64,000 nt of DNA, from contig NW_018408566.1 of NCBI RefSeq assembly GCF_002113885.1, positions 511,945 through 575,944 of the forward strand, given 5' to 3'. Below are positions 53,736-64,000 of the stretch, piece by piece; the stretch's first letter is position 1; each line of letters opens with the position of its first letter. Position numbers and translations under genes: made by a program. This DNA is from Mizuhopecten yessoensis (taxonomy: Eukaryota). The notes beneath the pieces are model-generated. The model made no database searches and was not told the DNA's origin. It was given only the letters and a program-made list of their open reading frames with translations.

Positions 53736-55338
53736 TGATCTAGATAAGTTTCCCTCTTCAGCTTTACTTAAAATCATAAGCTTCACAAAACATGGATAGT
53801 CGAGTATGTGTGGACAATGTAAAAATCGACCTGTCACTTGAAGAACAAGTAAAAGATACTCTCACCTGGTCGAGTCTGTCAATTATCAAAGATCCATAAT
53901 GACCGCTTTGTGACAGATACACCATATATGCCATGTTTAAACGTACAGCTTTTAAACTCGAGGTCATTGGATTTAGATGATCTCACAAGCGTTAGAAATA
54001 AGCAACAAAGGCGACAGTCATTACAGGTCGTCTATTTACTAACGGATACAAAAGAACCAAAGATTTGCCATGTTGGAAACCCGACTACTAGTCCAAATGG
54101 TAATGATTTTTAATAGCATTTTCAAATCTAACTTGCTATGATAAACAACCGGAAATCTCTGTCAGATTTCTGACAGCTTTTATCATTCACATCATTTTTA
54201 ATTACCGCGCGCTCAAACACCGAAATACAATGAAAAATAGTATATTGAATTGTAATTTTGTACTTTAACACAAGAATGCTTACTTTCCTAGTTACATATT
54301 TCTATCTATAACAAATGAAACTAACGTGACCAGTGAGATTGGTAAGTATGTCAGCCATTTAGTGATTTTAAGTTGAATCTGAATCAGCTAATAACTATAT
54401 CACATATTTCAGTTAAGTTTTCCAACAGCTGACAGCTACTTTAGTATCTTAAGTCAGGAAAAAACCACAAGTAACTTAAATTTACATCAGTAACCTCGGT
54501 CGCGAACAACTAATAGCTACATGTACATTATTAATTTTATTTTAAATATGGAATGTTTTTGATTTAAATCTAGGACAGCTTATAACTTCGTTAATACTTA
54601 TAAGTTTTGAACAACTAATAACCACTTCAGGAATTTAAGTCTAGAACGACAGAACAATGACTAACAAGTACATTGTATGACGCTTGTACCCAGTCCCTAA
54701 TCGTATGGTAGAACAATATCACGGATCATTCTACATTTCATTTGTTTAATTTCAGTATAATGATTAAAATCAGGAATCATTGTGAAAAAGTGATGTCAGT
54801 TAAAGGACGTTAGCACATTAAAATGCATGTAAATAAGCATTTGATCCAGTGATTGGTAGCGTTCATCGTTCATGCAACTTTGTAATGTTAACGCCAAAAT
54901 GAACCACATACACGGTATTTCACTTCAGCTTCCGTTCATGATAATCTAGCTAGTAGTAACAATAACATAATTCATTAGAAAACAAACAAGGGTAATCTTT
55001 TTCTTACGAAAATTGAAATGAACTAATTATTCATTCCACTCGGGCATTTAACTTGTAATCAAGAGTAGAAGAAATATTCGAGAAAGATTTAGTACTTGAA
55101 AAAGTAAAGGGTCAAGACCAGTTACTAATCTAAATTTGTGCAATATTACATATGGTTCAGACCGCATTTGTCACAAAATAAACTAAAAATCTGGAATGGT
55201 GACCCCTCCCTGAAAAAAATCTGGATCGGCCATTGAAATCAGTTGAAATGGTGCATTATTTTTATTTTTGGAATGAATGAAAATTTATATCGATAATATC
55301 TACTTTTAACGGAGCCAACGTAGAGGTAACTCCATAGC

Positions 55339-55484
55339 GAACTCTTACTACGATATCTGATAGAACTCTTACTACGATATCTGATAGAACTCTTACTAAG
55401 ATATCTGATAGAACTCTTACTAAGATAACTGATAGAACTCTTACTAAGCTATCTGATAGAACTCTTACTAAGATATCTGATAGA
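55339..55484. repeat. 24-bp minisatellite x6
   Basis: Repeated unit GAACTCTTACTAAGATATCTGATA. Confidence 0.92.
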
Positions 55485-55844
55485 AAGTATACACGATACC
55501 CTCTATCGCCTTGTCTATTATTCTGACTACGGTTTAGGTAGATTTATCAAGGGCGACATTGTTGAAAAGAGACGAAAATATGATATAGACAGAAATATGA
55601 TACAGCAATGAGCTTCACAGCGATCGATAATTATAATTTGATACTTATGAATACAATACAGTATAAAGAAAAAGATGGACACCCCTCGTTATAACGATAT
55701 ACATTTCAGTTTTAAGATGGATATCTAGAATGGTGTTTTTAACTTAGTTTATTCTGCACGCAGGCATATCTGCATCCATATTTAAATCATAGTCCATATC
55801 AATTTAATTATAAAATATAACAGAGTCTTTGATGTGACGTCACT

Positions 55845-56500
55845 TTATTGTTGTTGTGAATCTCCTTTCATCACTTCCCCAAAATTTATCAATGCGGTTT
55901 TCGAAAGTTATTAGATTTGGTGCTTGAATCACGTTCTCGAGTGGGGAATTCCGGTTGCTTACAATTCGTTGAGTAAATGAGTATTTCCTTTCGTCCAGTC
56001 TGCTCCATAGTTTATCTAGACTGAGTTAATGTCTTCGAGTTCTTTTATCTTGTTTTATTAACAAAAGTCCCTGTGATGATGTTGTATTACGGTCACCCCT
56101 CAAGCTTTTAAACACTTCTACCATGTCTTCTTCTTCTTCCATTACAAGGATCAGAACTCCAAGGTTGGAGTGCAAAGAATATTTTTGTTTGTGTAATTTT
56201 TAGGTATTATATTAAAACTATGTACATAACGAGGATGCAAAGTTAGTAAAGAGACTGGTGGTAACCTTCAAGTGAGGATTTGAAAGAAGGTAATTCCTCA
56301 CTAAGGGCCAGTGACGTTGGTAATGAGTTCCAGGTGATAATAGTTCTTGGGGAAAAAAAGAGAACTTGTAGGCGTCTTTTGCGGTAGATATTGTCTTTAT
56401 TTTATGCACCCTCCTTGTTCGTCTGTCACCTGATGTCCAGTATGATGATGGGTTAATTTTAACGATGTTATGCGAGATCTTGTTTAGCATTGGCAATGTA
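55845..56500 (-). mobile_element. Two abutting CR1-type LINE 3' fragments
   Basis: 56500-56127 reads KISHNIVKI...RRTR...AYKFSFFP with a (GAA)n tail. 56126-55845 reads DMVEVFK...RTRRH...RKYSFTQRIV...VIQAPNLITFENRIDKFW. Confidence 0.7.
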
Positions 56501-57259
56501 AACAGGTCTCTCCTATTACGTCTATAGAATAACGACGAGAGTTATGATAGAACTTCCGTTACATGTAAGCCCAGGTTGCCCGTCCGGTGTTCTCGTCATA
56601 AACCATACAGGCTTATAATACCAGCTGAACACGTTTTGTGATTTTATTGGTGTGTAATTCTCCGTCACTACGGTAGCGTGTCATTCGAATCCATGATCCA
56701 TAATTCATCGATGAAATGTCTTATTCATGAAATAGGATTACTTGAAGTATATTACCGTTCCAATTTCAAATATTAAACTTAAGGAGTGTATAAAAACTAT
56801 TTTCAGAAATGTCTTTGAAGGAATAACTTTAAAGTGAGTGCTGTATTGTGAGCGCTGTCTGCTTGAGATGGTTGACTTACCAATGTCGACTTGTACAGTA
56901 CCTGTCCACACGTCTTTGTCGTGTAGATTAATGATACATATTAGTGGTATTTAAGGTTCATTTGTAAGTAATTCGCCATCAATAAACTCACACGTTATGA
57001 CGGTATTATCCTGGAGGGGTAATACTTTAATGGTGTACGTTAGGGACGCGGCGACACAACACACACTAATAGTGTATAATGTATATTCTTAGTGTTAACG
57101 GACAGATATTCCCAGTTATATCATGCTACCTGTAAACAACCCTTCACACAGTACAATCATAAGACTTAACAAAGCTGTTCGATTAAGAATAAACATCAAA
57201 CGATAAATACAGTTTGCGAATGAGAATAAGTTATTGATTTATTACACATTTAGACCGTT

Positions 57260-57368
57260 ATCGGGTTATCTCAGTCTCGGGCTAAGATTCTGTAACATCT
57301 CAACCTAGGCTTACGCCTCGGTTGGGATTGTGTTACAAAATCTTAACCCTCGACTGAGATAACCCGAT
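57260..57368. repeat. About 110-bp near-perfect palindrome (hairpin; likely non-autonomous DNA element core)
   Basis: ATCGGGTTATCTCAGTC...TAAGATTCTGTAACA...CAACC / GGTTG...TGTTACAAAATCTTA...GACTGAGATAACCCGAT. Confidence 0.85.
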
Positions 57369-59309
57369 CTCGCTCAGTTACAGGTAAACGATTTGTTTAA
57401 TCTGGTTCCTACAGGGGCTACATAGCCCCAACTACGTGGACCATGTATCACAGATTGTTAACAAGTCCTCATGCAAAAACAGATATATCGATGTTGGAGA
57501 TCGATAAGAATCGTTATTGGTTTTGAGATACAATGTAAACAACCACATTCAGTGAGATATCAATCAGTAAAAGTGTTTGAAATAGCATAATTAAAATAAA
57601 GAAAGTAATCCATCTTGTGGTTGATGACAATACGTCAAGTACATTCTATAGGTCTTTGTTTGACGATGAAATGTTGTGCTGATATGTGTTTGTATTGTTC
57701 TATATCAAGAAGATAACTCACTTGTCATTGAAATCCAAATCATTATCAGATAATATAGAAGGATATAACAGTGAATAGGAGCCGATCTGCCCTTGTGCTA
57801 ATGAGATTTATTTTCGTCGATTCCGGGTGTTTGTTGATTACAGTGTTTCTACATACAGACAAGATCACCTGGGGGGAAAGTCATAAACTACATGATACTG
57901 CGATAGGCAGAAATAAAACGGCTATTAAATTGATCCGGTAATACTAATGCCTATATACATAACTGTATTTTGTATTGCAGTTTATAGGTAATTCTCGGTA
58001 AAAGTGGACAGTCGAGTGGTTTCACCTCCAAGTCAACAGCTTTGATCTGGCTGTGTACGGTAACTAGCCCAATACACTTGTGTGTGATCACGTAAACGTT
58101 CGGTTAGAGGATCATGTGCCCGATCAGGCGTAGTGAGATTTAAAATCAAGTTGATTTTTCTGTGTATGAAAACAGTTTATTTTGGTATCAGATCAATGTA
58201 TATAGATATCACAATTGACAAGAGTGGTGACTATTCTTAATTTTGGACAAGCGCTCAGTCAGGAATCCTGATAAGTCCGAAATCTAAACTGAGTCGAGGA
58301 TTACTGCCGAATCAAGGAAACCTCCGGAATTTGTTTTAAGGTGAATGTTGAGCGTGACCCTATAAGTGTCGCCGCATCCTCATTGTAAACACTGGACGTT
58401 CCGAACATTGTTTCAGCAATCAATCTTTACACGCGTGATTTAGCCGCTCTCCTTCCGAACTTCGATCGTCAATGACAGGTAGGTTTAAATGTTCGGTAAA
58501 AGTGCCTGGAAGTGTTGTCTGTCGTCGGTAGGGTATACATCACGGGAACGTCAAGCTGGGATACGCATGTCCCTATGATAAGCTGGAATAATAATAAGTT
58601 GGAATATTAATTGCCTGGAATTCTAAGACCTGTGTTTAATGTGAGTATACATACATATTATTGATTCGTAATACCTATATTAATTAACAAGCAATACACA
58701 TTTTCTTTAGCTATGAAATGGAGATATTCTTTATTTTCACAAATGCCCGGGTATTTAATATTATCCAAAATAACAGCCATTACATGGCAACTGATGGAGA
58801 GTATTAATTGTCGGTAACAGTGAGCTGGAATTTGTAATTAGATGAAGTTCAAAATGATGACTTGTTTATAGGTTCTGCGTTTTATATTCTGCCATGCACA
58901 ATATAGGTGCGTTGCAGGAATACTATCAACTAGTATCTAAAAATCGATGGGTTTTTTTGAATTAAGAATTAATGGCACCCTAGAAGAAACACTTGAATGA
59001 GAACAATATATTAACGTTATTACTACATAGTTACGTGACAGTACACACAATGTCGTGTAAAATTCATGGACAGTACTAGTACTAGTGTTAATGAGATGTG
59101 ATACCGCCTTCACTAATTGAAGATCACCCAGATGGCACAAGGGGATATGTATTTTGCAATTTAATGCTGTTTTCTGCTTGGTCGAAACATCAAGGATAAA
59201 AGCCCCCATGATGTATCTTACTTTGTCTACAAATTATATATAACCCTGCTTCTATTTAAAAAAAAACTTTATTCATTTCATATGTTTTTTATGACCACAG
59301 TATATGTCA

Positions 59310-59750
59310 ACCTGAAGACTGAACACTATTTCGTTTCCCCACAGGTATATAAGGTATTATAGTGAAGACTGAACACTATTTCGTTTCCCCATAGGTATAT
59401 ATACAGTAGTATAGTGATGACTGAACACTATTTCGTTTCCCCACAGGTATATACAGTATCATAGTGATGACGGAACACTATTTCGTTTCCCCACAGGTAC
59501 ATGTATATACTGTATGATAGTGACGATTGAACACTATTTCATTTCCCCACAGATATATACAGTATGATAGTGATGATCGAACACTATTTCGTTTCCCCAC
59601 AGATATATACAGTATGATAGTGATGATCGAACACTATTTCATTTCCCCACAGGTATATACAGTATTATAGTGACGATTTAACACTAATTCGTTTCCCCAC
59701 AGGTATATACAGTATGATAGTGATGATTGAACACTAATTCGTTTCCCCAC
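59310..59750. repeat. About 50-bp minisatellite x9
   Basis: Repeated unit TGAACACTATTTCGTTTCCCCACAGGTATATACAGTATGATAGTGATGA. Confidence 0.92.
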
Positions 59751-60607
59751 ATTATAGATTGTTTAATTGATGTTATTTCCTTTCACAATGAATTTAAACT
59801 AGACAGAACAACACAGGACTATCGCTTGCGGTTTAATTGTTGTACTGTCAAATTGACCGAAAATCAAACTGACATGTGAAATGCCAAACTCAACTTTTAC
59901 CTATATCATCGGGAATGTTTCGCGGTCGATAAATGTTTTACATGCTTCTTCATTAGTGCACGTTCGATAGAACACACTCATTAAAGGCGAGTTCGATAAA
60001 TGTGTTTTACATACATGCTGTACGTCGCGTTGTTGATCGGGTGTCATAAGGGATACGAGGATTTATTACATTCTATCGCTAATTAGCATACTTTACATAC
60101 ACGTCTATCTACAAATAACCCTTCATCACGAGTTTAAAGTCCCCGGATACACGGAGAGCAATTACACCCTTTTAAAGTCGGATCGAAATCCTTAAACGTA
60201 TTTTAATGTGCCTCGTACGTATTGTCAAATTCCCATTCAAATTGGCACATACCTTTTCACGTAAGGTTGTAAATACCTATATACAATCACCGCATGTGAT
60301 AACACAGTGTAAAACTAAAAATACATAATTTGACATAAGAATCGCCTACACTGTGTTTTTTTTTATGTATTTGACGTTTTACCTATGCTAGAAGTGAAAA
60401 TTATTAACAATAACTTATGAATTCTTTCATTTTGGATATGTAAAGGGACCCAATTAATATCCAGAAAAGTAATGAAGTTTATATGACTTTGTTTGTAGAG
60501 ATGTCAAATGTTGTCTCTAAGTAAAACTTCAACACGATTCTCATATCTTCAAATAAAATGAAGACTGATTTTCTAGTTAACAAAAACTTGAATGAAATTG
60601 CCTTCCA

Positions 60608-62130
60608 TCTCTGATAAACGACACACTGTAGTTTTGTTTACTCTGATACACGACATACGGTATACTGTGGCAGTGTTTTTTTACTCTGATAAACGACATA
60701 CATGTACGGTAGACTGTTATAGTGTTGTTTTCCTCTGATAATCGACACACGATAGACTGTTGTAGTGTTGTTTTCCTCTGATAATCGACACACGGTAGAC
60801 TGTTATAGTGTTGTTTTCCTCTGATAATCGACACACGATAGACTGTTGTAGTGTTGCTTTCCTCTGATAAACTACACACGGTAGACTGTTGTAGTGTTGT
60901 CTCACTCTGATAATCGATACACGATAGACTGTTAGAGTGTTGTTTTCCTCTGATAATCGACACACGGTGGACTGTTGTAGTGTTGTTTTCCTCTGATAAA
61001 CGATACACGGTAAACTGTTATAGTGTTGTCTCACTCTGATAAATGACACACTGTAGACTGTTGCAGTGTTGCTTTACTCTGATAAACGACACACGGTAGC
61101 TACTGTTGCAGTGTTGCTTTACTCAGATAAACGACACACTGTATACTGTTGTAGTGATGTTTTACTCTGATAAACGGCACACGGTTGACTGTTGTAGTGT
61201 TGTATTACTCTGATAAATGACACACTGTATACTGTTCTATTGTTAATTACTCTGATAAACGACACACGGTAGACTGTTGCAGTGTTGTTTTACTCTGATA
61301 AACGACACACGGTAGACTGTTGTAGTGATGTTTTACTCTGATAAACGACACACGGTAGACTGTTGTAGTGATGTTTTACTCTGATAAACGACACACGGTA
61401 GAGTGTTGTAGTGTGCTTTACTCTGCTAAATAACACACTGTATCCTGTTCTACTGTTGCTTTACTCTGATAAACGACACACGGTAGACTGTTGTAGTGTT
61501 GCTTAACTCTGATAAACGGCACACTGTAGACTGTTGTAGTGATGTTTTACTCTGATAAACGACACACGGTAGACTGTTGTAGTGATGTTTTACTCTGATA
61601 AACGACACACGGTAGACTGTTGTAGTGTTGCTTTACTCTGATAAACGACACACGGTAAACTGTTGCAGTGTTGCTTTACTCTGATAAACGACACACTGTA
61701 AACTGTTGCAGTGTTGCTTTACTCTGATAAACGACACACGGTAGACTGTGGCAGTGTTGCTTTACTCTGATAAACGACACACGGTAACCTGTGGCAGTGT
61801 TGCTTTACTCAGATAAACGACACACGGTAAACTGTGGCAGTGTTGCTTTACTCTGATAAACGACACACGGTAACCTGTGGCAGTGTTGCTTTACTCTGAT
61901 AAACGACATACGGTAAACTGTGGCAGTGTTGCTTTACTCAGATAAACGACACACGGTAGACTGTTGCAGTGATACTTTACTAAGATTAATAACGACACAC
62001 TGTAAACTGTTGCAGTGTTGCTTTACTCTGATAAACGACACACGGTAGACTGTTGTAGTGTTGTCTCACTCTGATAATCGACACACGGTAGACTGTTGTT
62101 ATGTTTCTTTACTCTGATACACACAGTTGA
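60608..62130. repeat. Satellite, 43-bp unit, about 35 copies
   Basis: Repeated unit TACTCTGATAAACGACACACGGTAGACTGTTGTAGTGTTGCTT; peptides in the ORF track repeat every 43 aa. Confidence 0.95.
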
Positions 62131-63759
62131 CTGCCAAAGTGTTACAAAAACGCATGGTAAACCGATCTGTCTAGAAGTGTCTTGTACGGTTTACTATATG
62201 TACCACTGCATTCACGATCACGGGCTGTCTGTTTGAGAATACTCCAGAAGAAGTTGAGAATGACTTGAAAACAACTTGAGAATGACTTGAGAACAACTTT
62301 AGAAAATATTGTGAATGAATTTTCCAATTTGGTAACGTATTTTATAAAAAAGAACGTCTGCTTGCGCCAGGTGATGTCCTGCACCACGCAAAGGTGTACG
62401 ACGGAAGGAAATAATCCGTCATAAACAAATCCTTATAAAATTATGAAAAGATAATGTGAGGAAAACAACATTAATGTTAGCTTAAATGTGGATATGGAGA
62501 GGCCACTGACGATAATATTGTTTTAAAAATATCTATCTAACTAGTTTAATGTGCATGCCATTCCTCCGCGCAAACTTTTTGTTAACGTGTGTGACAGACC
62601 GAGGATCATGATGATCACGGCGTAATGATATATAAATCTGTCTGTAATGTTTTCGTTATATTTTGTGTCTCTCATAGAGAATATTTACCGCTTAAAGAGG
62701 GATAGAGTGCTTTATTGAATATGTTGTGCAGATTTGCTCGTTAAAGAAGACCACTGAGCTGTATCTTTTACTGGGCGATGACTTGAAACCCGTCATAATC
62801 CGACCATGGTACAGTAGTACATGTAGTATTATATGTTGCTACAAAACACACGCTATAGAAACATTAGTGATTGTAAAGTGTGTGGGGAAATATCTAAGGG
62901 TCAACCGTCTATATGTTAACAAAAATAATGATATTACGACGCGTGATCATAAGCGTCTGATTTTGTAACTCCAGATTTCAGACATGAAAACATACTTATT
63001 GACTGTAATATCGAGTGAAAACACACTATACGAAACACTTTCATTAATGAAAGTTACTTGTCACACGTCTCAATAGCTCAAAGGAACAGAAAAGGAACTT
63101 TCTTCCGACACATTTGCAAAATATGCAAGTCTATTGATGTTATTTTATTGTTGGGTTATTATCTTTTAAATCCAAAATAAATGTTTTGTTTTCTTTAAAT
63201 TTTGACACTGTTGAAAACAACAATGATTCACGTGAACCTTCAATGCAGTGTTACATTAATGAAGCTCTATACCATTGGGTAACGTTCTTAAAACTTCACC
63301 ACGACATACACAACAGTACGTCTGATGTCATACATTGGAAATTGACATGTATTGAAACTAATGTTTGCTTTTAGATAACATATTTACACCATCTTAAATA
63401 CCACAATCAAAATTATGTCATTCTCTATGACTTACAATGAAAACAAATTCTGGCACGGCACTTGTGGCTGTCATTAATCCCGTTTTGGACAAACAACACC
63501 ACAGTGACATGGCACAAAACTCAATACACGCTTATCTGTTGTAAAACTATAATGGAATCGCTGTACTTGTAATGCTGTCGTTAATTGACTGACTCTCATG
63601 TGACGTAGATCGTTATTTGGGAAGTGACCGTCTTTCGTAGCTATTGAATATGTATTAAATGAAGTCCATCTGCATGATGTGTACTTTAAGCGTTGTATAG
63701 TACTATCTTACTATTACAGTATAGTATACATATAAAATGAGCGAGATTTTAATGTGTTC

Positions 63760-63896
63760 GGTAGTGGACAGTTTGACGTATTACCTTACTATTACAGTAT
63801 AAATTTAACGATTTTGTGTGGTTTGGTAGTGGACAGTTTGACGTATTACCTTACTATTACAGTATAAATTTAACGATATTGTGAGGTTTGGTAGTG
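63760..63896. repeat. 65-bp tandem duplication
   Basis: GGTAGTG starts at 63760, 63825 and 63890, with near-identical sequence between. Confidence 0.8.
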
Positions 63897-64000
63897 CCCG
63901 TTTTGTCGTATAAATTCCCTATTACATGTAACTTATACTTCTCATTTCTTATCATTTTTCGGGATATTGAATCTACTATTCCCTCTAAAATTGTTTCTGT

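Noticed and set aside
60577-61049. Repetitive 143-aa and 110-aa ORFs
   Set aside because: These are translations of the 43-bp satellite.
19897-62130. Regular arrays (63, 31, 24, 50 and 43 bp) as CRISPR arrays
   Set aside because: Whole units repeat with no unique spacers, there are no cas genes, and the context is eukaryotic.

Overview
AT-rich eukaryotic genomic DNA with spliceosomal introns; the repeat families suggest a mollusc, probably a bivalve (inference). The only clear host locus is a tandem cluster of peroxisomal sarcosine oxidase / L-pipecolate oxidase (PIPOX) genes. Copy A (+, 24125-29477) is intact: 8 exons, 385 aa, C-terminal SHL. Copy B (-, 40263-35094, ends SKL) faces it; exons 1, 6, 7 and 8 are clean but exons 2-4 and most of exon 5 are absent. 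Copy C is an orphan exon 7-8 pair (10456-11269, ends SQL), and there are two decayed remnants (about 17790-18250 and 32722-32845). The rest is mostly repeats: L2, CR1 and L1/Tx1 LINEs, Penelope-like fragments, CORE- and Meta-like SINEs, a Tc1 relic, an ISL2EU-like DDE+YqaJ/PHD relic, an internally deleted PIF/Harbinger inside PIPOX copy B, Helentron/pearl-like elements, hairpins and tandem arrays (24, 31, 43, ~50, 63, 65 and 167 bp units). I found no CRISPR array, rRNA or bona fide tRNA, and no clearly new biological system. The strongest leads are the PIPOX birth-and-death cluster and the structure of copy B. All calls come from reading the sequence by eye; no database searches were run.
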